Notes: generated by a model not told the origin, from the letters alone. A stretch of DNA of 63,874 nt, filler included, from Atractiella rhizophila (GCA_021432655.1; 9 parts of 8 records of this genome joined end to end with filler, not necessarily neighbours in it), one strand, 5' to 3'; positions 38,145-51,353 are shown, counted from the first letter of the whole stretch. Numbers and translations: made by a program.

Positions 38145-40335
38145 ATGTCGCGTCCCATCCCCCAAACCCCATCCAAGAAGCGTTCACGACGCGCAGAAGG
38201 AGAAAGAGAAGAAGAGATCCATATCACTCCTCAGAGACCGAAGAAACAGAGGGTGGGGAACTTCCAACTGCCTTCTCCTGCTCCTTCTTCCAGGACTCCG
38301 ACCTCGAGACCAGCAACAGCGGGTGTGATATCTTCGGAGGGGAAGGAAAAGAGTCAAAAGACGCGTGCGTTCCTCTTCTATTTCTGTTTTTTCACTTGGT
38401 GGTGGTGGTTATCGAGGTATGACTGCTGATACCGGGACAAACAGTTGGCCCATTCGCCTCCCTCCGAAAAGCACTCCACGCCGTTCCCTCTGTACTCCCT
38501 TCACGCGACTCGGAACGGGACACCATCACCCAATTTCTCCTCTCCCGCTTCCCTTCACTCTCGACTACCACCTCACTAGATGTCGTCAAAAGTGTCAATG
38601 CAGAAGGCGAGCCGTCCACTCCCCCCGCTACGCCGAAGAAGGCGCGGGCACGGAAGGAGATGAGGAATTTGCATCTGAGCGGGACGCCGGGAGTGGGCAA
38701 GACGGCTTTGGTGAAGGAGGTCGTCGACGATCTTTTCTCTGCTCCGGCGAGTCTGTCGCTGTCGGAAAAGCAGAGGGTGGATCTGGTTTGGGTCAATTGT
38801 TTGCAGGCGGGGGGAACGGAGGGAAAGATTGTCGCTGCTGTGTTGGATAAGGTGGGGTTGAAGAGCGCTTCTCAACTTGGACCGTACTTTCTGACACATC
38901 CCACGTACGCTTTTTTCTGTTCTCTCTCTCTATTTACATTTAGATAGCTAAATTATACTGTACGTGATACAGTCTATTGGTTTTGGACGAACTGGACTCG
39001 CTCCCCCCAATTCTAACCTCAGCTCTCTCCTCCTCCAGCTCACGCACATCCTTGATCTCAATCTCAAACTCCCTCCTACCCCTAACCCTCCCTCAAACCC
39101 TTCACCTCCCATTCGCCCCCTACCCTCCCACCTCACTCACGTCCATCCTCACAACCCTGCTCCGAGACGAAGAGGAAGGAAAAGGATTCGACGAAAATGC
39201 ACTCAAGCTCTTGGGAAGGAGAGTCGGCAAAGAGTCTGGAGACTTGAGGAGGGCTAGAGAGGTGGCGGCGAAGGCGATAGACGTGGCTGAGAAACGGATC
39301 GCTGCTCTTGAGAAAGTAGACGGAGTGGAGAGCGTGGAGGTGAAAGTGACGATCGCGGACGTCCAAACCGCCCTCTCCGCGTCTTCATCCTCCTCCTCCT
39401 CACCATCCATTGGAGTTGCGAAGAAAGGGCTGTTGGATGGATTGAACTTGCAAGGGAAAATCGTCCTCCTCTCCATCCTCCTTTCTTCTTCCAGCCAGAA
39501 TCAAGGAAAGGAACCATATGCGGTTTACAAGGTCTTGTTGAGGGGTGAAATGGACCTTCTCTCCCCCCTCTCTCGTGGCGAATATCAAGATGTGATCTCT
39601 TCGCTTGAAGGATTTGGTCTTTTGGTCTCTCATGATGACGTGTCTCCGAACTCGAAGTCGAGTTTAACGACTCCGTTGACTCCACGAAAGACGCCGCAGA
39701 GGAAGAAGACAAAGTCGCTCTTCGGCCGCTCCACCTCTTCCTCATCCATCTCCCCCTCTCGCTCCCCTTCAACCACTTCACTCCTTTCGCTCTCGACCGG
39801 GATAACAGGAGCGGAATGGGAGGTAAGAGAGAGGGAGAAGGTGGAAGTGGCGTTGAAGGAGGCGAAGGGAGAGGAGGGGGAGGTGGTTAGGAGGTGTTGG
39901 GGGGAGTGGAGAAAAAAAAAAAAAAAAAAAAAAATGGTCTCTTACGACGATCTGTCTCCGAATTCGAAGTCGAGTTTAACGACTCCGTTGACTCCAAGAA
40001 AGACGCCGCAGAGGAAGAAGACAAAGTCGCTCTTCGGCCGTTCCTCCTCTTCCTCATCCATCTCCCCCTCTCGCTCCCCCTCAACTACTTCACTCCTTTC
40101 GCTCTCGACCGGGATAACAGGAGCGGAGTGGGAGGTAAGAGAGAGGGAGAAGGTGGAAGTGGCCTTGAAGGAGGCGAAGGGAGAGGAGGGGGAGGTGGTT
40201 AGGAGGTGTTGGGGGGAGTGGAGGAGGACGGAGGAGAGGAAGGTGCTTAGAGATAGAGAGGAACGGAGAGGGGGAGAGGGAGGGGAAGAGAGGTGGGGAA
40301 GTAAGTGGAGAGGGGAGGAGGAAGAGGGGTTTTGA
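38145..40335 (+). CDS. CDC6: Cdc6/Cdc18 replication initiation AAA+ ATPase with duplicated C-terminal segment
   Basis: Walker A HLSGTPGVGKTALV, WVNC, Walker B VLDELDSL, LPFAPY, SGDLRRA, LNLQGKIVL; starts 286 bp from the divergent MDV1 start. Confidence 0.88.
39623..40223 (+). repeat. 289-bp direct duplication separated by A23
   Basis: 39623-39911 and 39935-40223 near-identical; A-run 39912-39934; period 312 bp keeps the frame. Confidence 0.95.
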
Positions 40336-41215
40336 ACGTTTGGACCGGATGAGATGGATTCAGATGGTTCGCTTTGATTTGCTTTGCTTTGCCCGGGAGA
40401 TTTGGTAACGGCTTGGTTATGAAAATGACGTTTGCGCTTAATGGAGAGAAGTAGATTCGAGATTCTTGTTCAGCTCGTTCTTGCCTTATTTTGTCACGTC
40501 TTGGAGAAATGAGAACAGAGTATGCCTTATGCTTATGCTTCTATAGATATCATCACCAATGCAATTCATAGCCAAGTTTCTACATATTGACATTATCGCT
40601 TCCGTATATCATATGTGCACAGCACAGAATGACCATTTAGGTTCGGCAGCTGGTTGCCAATCAGCCACCAAATCAAAGTGCAAAGTGATGTTTGTCCAGT
40701 CCTCTAATCCTGCTCTAATATCTCCTAGTCGTTCCTGCCCATTCATCCCGATTTTATAAATTTACCAACACCATTCTTATGATTGGTACAGGCAACTTGC
40801 AGCCTTTTCGTACTGTGTCGTACCTGTACACATTGGGCTGCGCATGCGACTCTACTCCTCAAAACAAATTATAGCTGGGATGCACTACTGCTACGGCACT
40901 GCCATCCTACTGCGATTGCCCAACCCATAGTACTCTTATTGTGATGATGACTCCACTCCCGGATATCGGATGCTCGCATCTTCTCTGTTTGCTCCCACTG
41001 TGACGGATTGTGTAATCTCGCGCGCTCGCTCCTTTTCGGGATGGGACTTACGTCCGAACTACTCAGCCCAGAGAGGCGCGAAGTCGCGACGAGTATAAAA
41101 AACTGGTGCAGACGTCCCTCAAACCATTAATCCAGCAATTCAAACATTTTCTTTCCACTTCCCTTTAATATAGAGTCTATAACTTGCATACATTATAGAA
41201 GATTGTCGCTTAGAA

Positions 41216-42431
41216 ATGTCTTCGAGTACTACCGTGTTGACTCCAGATCAATATGATCAGCTCACGAAAGCTCAACGCGACGCGTATTGCTCTGCTTTGG
41301 CTGACTCGAAGCCTTGGAAACAACCAGGTGAGAAAACATCTCTTTGCAGCAGATTGGCTCTTATCGTCTTTGGAACTAGGCTATGACGCACGAGCGGACG
41401 AATGTAATCAATATGGCTATGTCCCATCGATTGGTTTAGGTGCCGCCTTTTTGGCTCTTTTGTACGCGTACCCTTTCACAGACAGTCAACAGGCTGACAG
41501 CTCATGAATTAGCATCCTCTTGACCTTCATTCATACCGTATTCGCCGTGGGGTACAAGAGGAACTGGAATCGATGGTGGAGCATGCTCACTATCACGGCT
41601 GGCGGCATTTTGGAGATCATTGGATGGGTCTCGCGTGTTCTCGCAAACTCCTCGCCGTACGATGATGGACCATTTATTGCCCAGGTATGTGCTCTTTCAC
41701 CTTCTCTGTCCTTTCTGAGGTCAGGTGTAGACAACAACCCTAATCATCGCCCCCGTTTTCTTCTCCGCTGCGCTCTATCTTCTTCTTGGGTTCATCATCG
41801 TCGAACTCGGAACTCAGCATTCCGTTTTGAAGCCCAAACTGTATGGAGCAATTTTCATCAGCTGCGACTTCATCTCCCTTGTGCTTCAAGGAGCTGGAGG
41901 TGGGCTCGCTGCCACTGCTGAGACCCAGAAGGACAGCGATGTTGGTATGCTCTCCGTCTACCGCCTTTCATATCATTCGCTGAGTGACCCTATAGGCACG
42001 AATATCATGGAGGCGGGTATCGTCTTCCAGCTCGTCGCAACGATTATCTTTGGCGTTCTCGCTCTGTCTTTCCGTCGAAACGCAAAGAGGGCAGGCGCGC
42101 TTCCCGACCGTTATTCCAGGCTGTACTATCTTGAACTTGCCATCGCCATCGGGACGGCAATGGTCATCATTCGGGGTATTTACCGAACCGTTGAGCTGGC
42201 TCAAGGCTGGAACGGGTTAGCATTTCTTTTCAACTCTCCAGAGAAACACGCTGATGTGACTGCCGGGACAGCTACTTGATTGAGCATGAGTACTACATCC
42301 TCTTTGACGCTTTCCCCATGGTCATCCTACTCATCACTCTCGCCCTCGCCCATCCCTTCTGGACGTTCCCGCAGAGGAAACTGAAGACTATTGACGCGGA
42401 GAAGATCGAGAGTCAAAGCACAATGGCTTAA
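41216..42431 (+). CDS. RTA1-like (Rsb1/LTE family) membrane protein
   Basis: YGYVPSIGLG, GGILEIIGWVSRV, LIIAPVFFSAALY, IFISCDFISLVLQGAGGGLA, IIRGIYRTVELAQGWNG; TATAAAA at ~41094. Confidence 0.93.
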
Positions 42432-44025
42432 TTCCAACATACGATTTGTACAAGCGTCAAATCTCAGCATTTCTCCGCGGTAGATCTGATCTATATCTGT
42501 TCTGCTCGAATATTTGCTGCTAAAAGCCAGGGCTCTCCGGTTTACACCTACCTCTGAGGATTGTCACGCTGTCACGCGGATCGTCAGTGCTAGAGGAACT
42601 GAACACTAAGTCCATTTGGAACCGCGAGACAATGCTTTCTGCTTCAAAAATTGACAATTTATCTCGTCTGGTCCATTTCTCATTTCGTTAACTTGCTATA
42701 CGTCTACACTCAGTAGCCATAGAATGGAAGATGTACACGTAGATGTTGCACAACCTATATCCATGTAATGTCTGCAATGTAACATTCAGCCTAACACTCG
42801 ATGATAACAACTTGTCTGACCAGAGTCGATTTTGGTCCATCTTCGGTGGAGGGGCCAGGACAGTAAAATCTCGGATCACTGAACAGAGGACATTAAAATC
42901 CTTCGTTCTGTTTCTCAGTCTTTTTCCCAAACCCGGAACCTAAATTGTAAGGCGTCGTTTTGTCGCTGCCTGTCTCAAGAAGTTTTTCTCATTTGTAAAT
43001 TGGTTTCGAAAGTCCTGACCGCCAGGGGCGATTCGATTGCTCAGCTCAAAGTCTGCTGAAATATTTACAGGCTGCCATTGTCCATATTCCATATCTCAAT
43101 TGGAAGCTTTAAGGTACTTTGGGAATGAAATCCTGCATACCTCGCTCTCCACAATGAAGACAGGATGATGTGGTTACGAAATGGGGATTTCTCACTCTGC
43201 TCTTCATCTGAGCCCACCAAATCATTTCAGCTCTCCCCAGCACTAGTAGAATGGGCATAGGTTCCATACGCACGCTGTGACGTTGTGATGGCTAGGGTCT
43301 CGATTTCCAGCTCACGGAGAATGTAGCGCCACTTACGATCGTGTGGTTGTGATAGACTTAAAGACAACACGTTTGACGCTCGATGGTCCTTTGTGGATGT
43401 AGGGGGCAGCAAACATCATCTTCTATCGGCGGTATAAGGTCCCTCTTTCTGCCATTATTCAACAAATTGGATGCTGACTTTTCGTGTCGGCATTAATTCT
43501 TGTCAAACTGAAAGAATTGCACCTTTCCCTACCTCACCCGTTTCATGGGGTGTGTCACAATTTTGCGAGGGTAGCTCTGCATTGAATACTGCCTGTCCTA
43601 AACTACGACACGACCATGAAATGATTAGCTAAGCCATGGAACCAAAGTCGGCATTAAAGCTGCACATTTCATCCTTTTCTACTCGGCCCCTAAATCGATC
43701 TTGTGCTGCTGACTGTTAACGACCGGGAGTCAGCATTGGCTGCGCTTGCCTGTAAGAATCCGTTGTCGGGATGTGAATACTCGAGTTAGTTGGTGTTTCA
43801 GACCTCATTCTACCGCTGTGTGTACTCTGAAGGAGGTCGATGGAACCAGCATGATCCTGAGCATTAAGCCTTCGCCGCGACGGGCCCTTTATGAAAGATG
43901 TCCAGCGATGAACAATTTGCACAGAAACTTTGTGGAACGAGGAGAATTGTCAGCCGTTCCAAGTCTATAAAAGCCCAGTGTGTTTGGAGGATGGGGTCTA
44001 AGTAACTCGAAAGAACCTATTAACT

Positions 44026-45014
44026 ATGTCGATTGTCTATGTCATAACTGGTGCTGGAAAAGGTTTGGGGTTGGGATTCGTTCGTTTCCTCTCTTCAAAA
44101 CCATCCAACATAGTCTATGGAATCATTCGCAATTCAACCAAGGCATCCGAGCTCAAAAATATTGCCAACGAGAGAAAAAATGTAACAATTCTTGTGGCCG
44201 ATTGCTCAGTAAAAGAGGATGTGGAGAAAGCAGCTCAGCAGGTGGCTGATGAGAGTGGACATGTCGATGTGCTAATCAATAAGTCTGTTTTCTGAATTTC
44301 GCTGTATATCTCCTGCTGTGACTTAATTCTGAGAGGGAATAGTGCTGCAATTTCCTGTATTTACCCGGACTGGACGTTGAAGGAACATTTTTCTGTTCCC
44401 TTCACCCACCATTCTCCAGATAACTTTCTAGAAGTCGTATGTCGCCGGTTTCTCGTTTGAGAGATAGTTAAATGGTTCGACAGTTCAAGATCAATACCCT
44501 CGGCCCAATCATTGTCACACAAGCGTTCCTCCCCCTCCTTCGTCACGGCCAAACAAGGAGAATAGCAATGATTTCCTCCATAGGTGGACTTCAAGACATT
44601 GTTGACAAGGTCGACCCTGAAGGCGTAGGATCTATGGCGGCGTATTCTGTTTCGAAAACTGGTAAGCGTGCTCTCCATCCCTGCGTCCAAATGCCCGTCA
44701 CTATATGCCCCTTTAACGTCGACGCATGTTAGGACTCAATATGGTGACGAGGAAGCTGGCCATAGAATTGAGGAACGAGGGATTCACTTTCGGCTTGTAT
44801 GATGTAAGTCTGTTTCTCATAATGTCATTCAAGATTTGACTTATGTTTGGGGAATTAGCCTGGTAAAGTCAAAGGGGGCATGGCTGGAGAGGACTCTGGT
44901 GATATCGAACCGGACGAGAGCGCGAGACTTGTAGTCCAGCATTTGACCGACCTTCCAAGAGGGGATTCAGTTGCATTTTTTGATGTAGGAGGAAACTGGA
45001 GTGGCAAGCTGTAA
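44026..45014 (+). CDS. Short-chain dehydrogenase/reductase
   Basis: VITGAGKGLG, DVLIN|NAA, INTLGPIIVTQAFLPLL, ISS, catalytic YSVSK. Confidence 0.92.
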
Positions 45015-45091
45015 CGCCGAGGGAAATGTCAACAGTATAGACCCATTGAATTAAAACAGCGCTTTCATCTACACATTCCTGGATCCTTTCT

Positions 45092-45396
45092 CTACTTCTG
45101 TGTGAAGACGTATCCTCCTTCCCTCGCTTTTGCGACCAAATTCAAGCTCGCCAACTCCTTTTCATCCTGTACGAGTCCGCAAGTTACCTTGTCTCCCGGT
45201 TTGATGGGCCCAACACCAGCCGGCGTACCTGATTGACACTGAGATAGAAACGATGTGAAAAGGACGTGGAGAAACGAACCAGTCAGGATCAGATCTCCTT
45301 CTTCCAGGGTCATGATCCCAGAACAATGTTCAATCAGCGCCGGGATTTTCCACAACATCAACTCAGCCTTCTCATTCTGCCTCATTTCCTCATTAA
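45092..45396 (-). CDS. Fumarylacetoacetate hydrolase family protein, 3' part
   Basis: MLWKIPALIEHCSGIMTLEEGDLILTG|TPAGVGPIKPGDKV. Confidence 0.9.
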
Positions 45397-45496
45397 NNNN
45401 NNNNNNNNNNNNNNNNNNNNNNNNNNNNNNNNNNNNNNNNTTAATTAATTAANNNNNNNNNNNNNNNNNNNNNNNNNNNNNNNNNNNNNNNNNNNN

Positions 45497-48289
45497 AACC
45501 TCGCCAAATCGATGCTGTACCATGCAAGACTCCCATTAGCATTCTGGGCAGAAGCTCTCTACTTCGCTGGGCACGTACACAACCGAATACCCCACTCCTC
45601 TCTCCAAGGAAAAATCCCGCTCACAACTCTTGAAGGTACCCTCCCCTCAGTCGGATATCTGCGAACATTCGGATGTACAGCATGGGCGTTGATCCCAGAG
45701 GAGAGACGGAGGAAGTGGGAGGACAAGGCTGTTCGCTGCATCTACCTGGGTCCGGACATCATGTTCAAGTCGCATCGATGCTGGGATCCAGCGAAACGTC
45801 GACTGATTCGTGCACGTCACGTCATTTTCGCCGAAAGCTACTTTGAAGGACGCACTGGGTCGGATCGACTTGAAGACTACACGTTCTGGTCAGAACAAAA
45901 CATAGATGAGTTCCCCCAAGACTTACCCTCCGATCCCAGTCTTCCCGATTCAGGAGTACGACGAGCTCCTCCTATTCCCGATTCTTTGGAAACTATCGCT
46001 CCAACACCATCTATTCTCAATCAAACCGCGAAGGGAACCAATGTCGTGGGGGATAACTTGAGTACGGGCAGTTGCGAGGGCGCTACACACGATGGGGTGG
46101 ACGTAAGACCCGCTGTTCAGGAAAGTGACCCTTTTCTCCATCAGCAACTCTTTCCTGACAGAACAACGGGACGCACCGAAAGCGAAGGAGGCAATGTCAG
46201 CCCCCCATCACCCTCTCTTCCCACCGTCGCATCCAAACCCCAGACACAGACTCCTCCTCAACCTCGTCGTTCCACACGAGTAAGAGTTCCAAATAAACAC
46301 ATTTTCGGCGGCGAGTACGTTGTCGATTCGAAATACAAAGACATCTTGCGCCTTGCTACCACTCCGTGCGAAACAAAAGGAAGCGTAACTGCTTCCAAAG
46401 TATCAAAATCGGGCAGTTGCAGTGGGGCCAAGCACATAGTGGTGGACGTAAGACCCGCGCAACAGGAGAGTGCCTTTCACTCCGTTGAAACCCTTGAACC
46501 TAACATCAGCACTCCTACGGCCGTTCAAGTCGAAGAACTCACAGAGAAGGATGTGCGTGAAGCCATCCGTCACCACGGTACCCATAACCTTCCTTCCTCA
46601 CGTCTCTCCGATACCGTTGATTACATGTTCTCCACCCGAGCCCTGCAAGACCAGGGATGGTCCTTGCGCGAGCCAAGGAGTCTGAAGGAAGCGTTGAGAA
46701 GTGAAGAAAGGGAGGAATGGTTGGAGGAATGTCGAAAGGAGTGGGAGAAACAGTTTTTGAATAAAACAATAGAAGGAGAACCTATTGATCTCCCAGAAGG
46801 CGAGACTGCAACACCGCTGATGTGGGCATTTCGACACAAATACGACATCAACGGCAAGCTGCAAAGCTTGAAAGCCCGTATCTGCGTCAGAGGAGATCTT
46901 CAAGCTCCGACAGGCAACCCAACTTTCGCGCCTGTCAGTAGTGGCGAAACTATTCGTGGAGTCATCGCTCTGGCAGCACGCGAGGATCTTGCAATCTATC
47001 AAGCTGATTACGAGACTGCTTTCCTCAACTCCCCCATTGACACCTCGAAAACTCGAATCTACATTCGCCAGCCCCCGGGCCTAGAAAAACCAGGAACGGA
47101 AGGAAAGGTCTACCTCCTCAAAAAGGGGTTGTACGGGCTGCTGGAAGCTGCACGCCTGTGGTTCGACACGTTAAAAAACGACCTCACTGCAAAGGGCTGG
47201 ACACCACTCTGGTCTGATTCCTGTGTCTTCACCAAGAAGCAAGGGGGGAAGCTTTATATTCTCATTGTCTATGTCGATGACACTCTCCTTCTTGGTAAAG
47301 ATCGAATAACCGTCCAAGCCCTCCAAAAAGAGCTTGGGACTTCGTTTGCCTTGCGCATCCTAGGAGAGATGGGGAAGTTCCTAGGGATGGAAGTAAAGCG
47401 AAATTGGGAGAAACGCACGATAAGCTTGACCCAAAGAGTCTACACCGCGACTATCTTGGAAAAGTTCGGTTTCACAAACAGCTATGCCAGCGTACCGGCA
47501 AACCCCAAAATCAAACTCGAGCCTTTCAACGGCACATGGACTCAGGAGGAACTTGAAAACAGACCTGAGTGGTCCTTCCTCGAAGCAACTGGATGCCTGA
47601 ACTGGCTCTCAATCTGCACAAGACCTGATATCACTTATGCCCTTTCAAATGTCCAACGCTTCGCAGCCAATCCAGGGCCAGAACATTTCAAGGCCGTAAA
47701 ACAAATCTTGCGTTATCTCAGCGCCACTTCGAACAAAGGCCTTCTCTTCAACGGAAACGATCGTCGCCCCCTGCACGCATACGCTGATGCCTCTTTCGCC
47801 TCTCTCCTACCTTCTCTCAAGTCCCAAGAAGGCCGCCTCACCATGCTTTGCGGCGCACCAATCACCTTCAAGTCAAAACCTCAAACAGTAGTCGCATTGT
47901 CTTCCGGAGAAGCAGAGTATGGGGCCGCTGCCAAAGCAACTGCTGACCTGCTCTGGACAAGAGGCCTCTACTCAGAATTGGACGCGCTTCGAAGCGTTCA
48001 CAACGTCCTTGATGGAGAAGACATCCCACCAACCACTGTCTATGAAGACAACCAAGCCGCGATAAAGATCTCAACGAATGGAGTGCACCATGCACAAAGC
48101 AAGCCTTTCTTGCTTCGTTATCACATGGTACGAGACAACGTTCAGAAAGGGAACGTAATCCTACGGTATATTCCAACACGGCATCAAATAGCCGACGTCC
48201 TGACAAAACCGTTATCGAAGGACGCTTTCCATCAATGCATCCACGCTATGGGTGTACGAGACGTAGGAGAACGGATACAATTTTCATAG
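45497..48289 (+). mobile_element. Ty1/copia pol (integrase C-terminus, RT, RNase H), uninterrupted ORF, 5' cut by linker
   Basis: FWAEAL, LRTFGCTAW, KARICVRGDLQ, QADYETAFLN, LKKGLYGL, VYVDD, TRPDITYA, YADASFA, SSGEAEY, EDNQAAI, QIADVLTKPL in IN-RT-RH order. Confidence 0.98.
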
Positions 48290-48400
48290 AACAAGTTTCA
48301 TATACTGATCACACACCATTTCTCAAACCGTCCCACCCGTCCCAGCATCTGACACCATCTCCATCTCTCTGTTTTCTATCGGTAGCGTACGTAGTGGGAG

Positions 48401-48637
48401 TGTTGAACTGTCGTTGTTACTCTCGCTGATCTGCTTTCACTTTACGCCTCTTTCCGCATTTCGTATTGTTGTTCCGTCCGCTCCCGTAGTTTACTTCGCA
48501 TTCTCACCTTACCTGAGGTTCATCTTTTGTCACCATCATTTCTGATGAACCTCAGGTAAGCCCTCCTGTCTCATATAGTCATGTAATATTCATTGATCTT
48601 TTGTCACCATCATTTCTGATGAACCTCAGGTTCAACA
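48401..48637 (+). repeat. 3' LTR of the copia element (237 bp)
   Basis: TGTTGAA...TTCAACA termini directly after purine tract GTAGTGGGAG (PPT, 48391-48400). Confidence 0.93.
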
Positions 48638-50713
48638 ATAATGTCAGCGCACGGATATCTGATAGCTCTGATAGGACCAAGAGGCATGTCCCCTTGATCC
48701 TTCCATGACGAGTATTGGATATGCATGAAAGCCATGATTATGAAGTAGGAACAAAGTGATTCCTCAAGTTTCAAATCAACAATCAACCTTCATGTGTATT
48801 CGCCTAGCCCGAATGAGAAAGCGGCAATGTGACCCACACATCCAACCTGACGAATGCCTCCATCATAAAAGATCTCACTGTGAAATACAATTTATCGAAT
48901 GGACGCTTTCGAAAAACAGACTCGAGCTGATCGTTGAACCTCGGACTGTGGATCTGCTCTGCCACTTAAGGAATCATTGGGGAGTCATTCGCCCGACCCC
49001 TGTTTTCGACGAATCTAGGTCACATTGGATCCATGTCAGCTGCTTCTTTGAAGAAGACTGAAGACGAGAGGAGGCACTTCGTTACGGCCCATCCTGTCTT
49101 CCAGGAAGTTAGCTTGTGTTCATGGATCCTTCTATGCGGAGTGTTACACGTTACCAGTAATCAGATGAGGCTTAACACAGGTTGTCGGCAAGTGATCAAT
49201 GGCGTTCAACTCGCGAATGTTACATGGTCCAGTACAACGCACTGAGTCATCATACACAAAACGAAAAACTGTGTCCCGCATCGCCCAATTGCAAAATACG
49301 AAGACACTGAAGCAAGAACTTCTTGAGACGGTGATACATACTTGGAATGTTTGGATGGCTGGCTCATGAATCGACGTCAGAGTTGAACACCGTTCTGATC
49401 CGCTATCGAGTCCATAAACGCTGACCTGCTCGTTCGATTTCCTTCTGACGTCCGAGGTATGATCAATTCAGCTTTTGCTAATCCAGCCGCCTCACGTAAC
49501 TTCTCCGGGTCAAAGTCTTCAACCGCATGAGTGTAAGCCGGACGCTTGGCCTCAAATCGAAAGTAGACATTGCAAGTCGCAGAAGTAGATATCCGCCTCT
49601 GTAGCTTCTCTGGACCATGCTGTCCTGCGTCAACCGACCCAACCTCTAAGAGAGCGTCAGCCGACAAATTCTGGGTTTGCTGTCACAGGTTCGTCTTTCT
49701 CCTCCACTGAAAGAAATGACACAGCCACTCAAAGCCATCATCGCTCAGATGGACTGTGCTTCATTGACTGAGGCCATGATGGGGTTCAACTGTCCGGTGA
49801 CGCGGCATCCACAGATTCGGTGTCATCAATCGTGACTGGGAGAAAGAGGCGTGGCATCAGCAATGGTCGCGCGAGCCACCTACCAAAGTTTTACCTCATC
49901 CCAAATCTCATGAGAGCGAAACACCTTCAGATCAGTTATCGATGATTCGTAAGCCGTTACGGCTACTCATGCAACCCCCCGTGAACATGGGCAAAAGAGT
50001 GATCTTTGCTGACGCCATCCTTCGAAATCAACTCCTGGAAAGAAGCTTCGAAGCGAGATGAAAATGCGGCAGAAGCCATGAACTATATCCGGGGCGAAAG
50101 CCTTCTCACATGAGATATCGGAAAGCAGCAATTGCTTGGTTCACTGACATCTTGAGAGATCCGAACATCAACGCAAGAAGTCCACCCGTCGAGAAACCGA
50201 TAATCAAATCAAAGAATTTGTGACCTGAAGGTCGTCAGGATGATCCAAGCTTGAACTTTTGTATTTCTTCTTCTGAAAGTCCGAACAGAGTTGCCGTAGA
50301 ATCTCTCGCAAAAAGAATAATTCATCGAATGCCCATGTCACACTGCCGTCCAGTGACAAAATCCATTTCCGCGAAAGAAGCGCCGGAGTCACAAGCGTCA
50401 GAGAGCTCTGCCGATCCGCAACCTGGCCTGCATCGATATCAAAGGATGCCTTGGTTAGAGTGTGCCCGCCAGTCATTGCATTGGTGAGGTCAACTGACGA
50501 ACAAGCTCGGATTCGGCAGCGGTGAAATCGAGACGAAAGTCAGTTCGAGTGAAAGCACAGACCATTCAAAGAGGAAGGTCGAAGCTGTTTTGCATCTCCA
50601 GAGTCCCATGTTTCAGTCCTCAAGCTTCGTCGCATCAAAAAATCTCGATAAATTTCAGTTTTCTCCTAATGGCTACGATGTATGTTTTACTGTTTGTGCT
50701 CAGAAATGGGTGC

Positions 50714-51266
50714 AGGCAACCGCAAGGGCATGTTCAAGTCTTACTCAACATGCTCCACTTCGGTATGAACCCGCAAGCAGCTCTTGGTACGCAGTATGTT
50801 TCCTATAAACCAAACATGTTTTAAACTTGAATCCTTTAGATGCTCCTCGTTTTTGCATATCAGCTGGAATGCCTGAAGACGACAGTGGGAGTATGGGCAG
50901 CATCGTGAACTCCGAAGTGTTTCTCGAGGAAGGCATTGACGTAAGTCGCTCCTTCCTCAACAATTCCTCGTCCTCAGCCCAACGCTTTCAGCCCAAGGTC
51001 GCAAGCAAGCTCAAAGACATGGGACACGACGTAGAACTTGTTTCTGGGTACGGGCGTGGACAGTTTGGCAGGGGACAGGTATGGATCTCTTATTCCTTGA
51101 GCAGCTCCTAAACTTGTGGCAGATCATCCAAAAGTTGGTGGATGCAAAAACGGGAAAGCTGGTATGGGCGGCGGGAAGGTGTGTCTTTTATTGTATAATT
51201 ACTTGTCTAACTTGCATGATCGTAGTGATCCACGAGCTGATGGAGCTGCCGTCGCTCAATTTCTGA
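50714..51266 (+). pseudogene. Gamma-glutamyltranspeptidase C-terminal fragment
   Basis: [30 protein letters not shown]...GQFGRGQIIQ...WAAGSDPRADGAA with introns retained; no GGT exons recognised upstream. Confidence 0.8.
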
Positions 51267-51353
51267 GATAGGAAAGGCGACTGAAAATAATTCTAAGCAT
51301 TAGTGTACTCCGCTAGAAAAGATTATCAAGCTCTAAGTGTCAGAAAACAAGTA

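Noticed and set aside
41216..45396. RTA1 + SDR + FAH as a metabolic or resistance cluster
   Set aside because: No backbone enzyme or regulator; common families; fragment is truncated.
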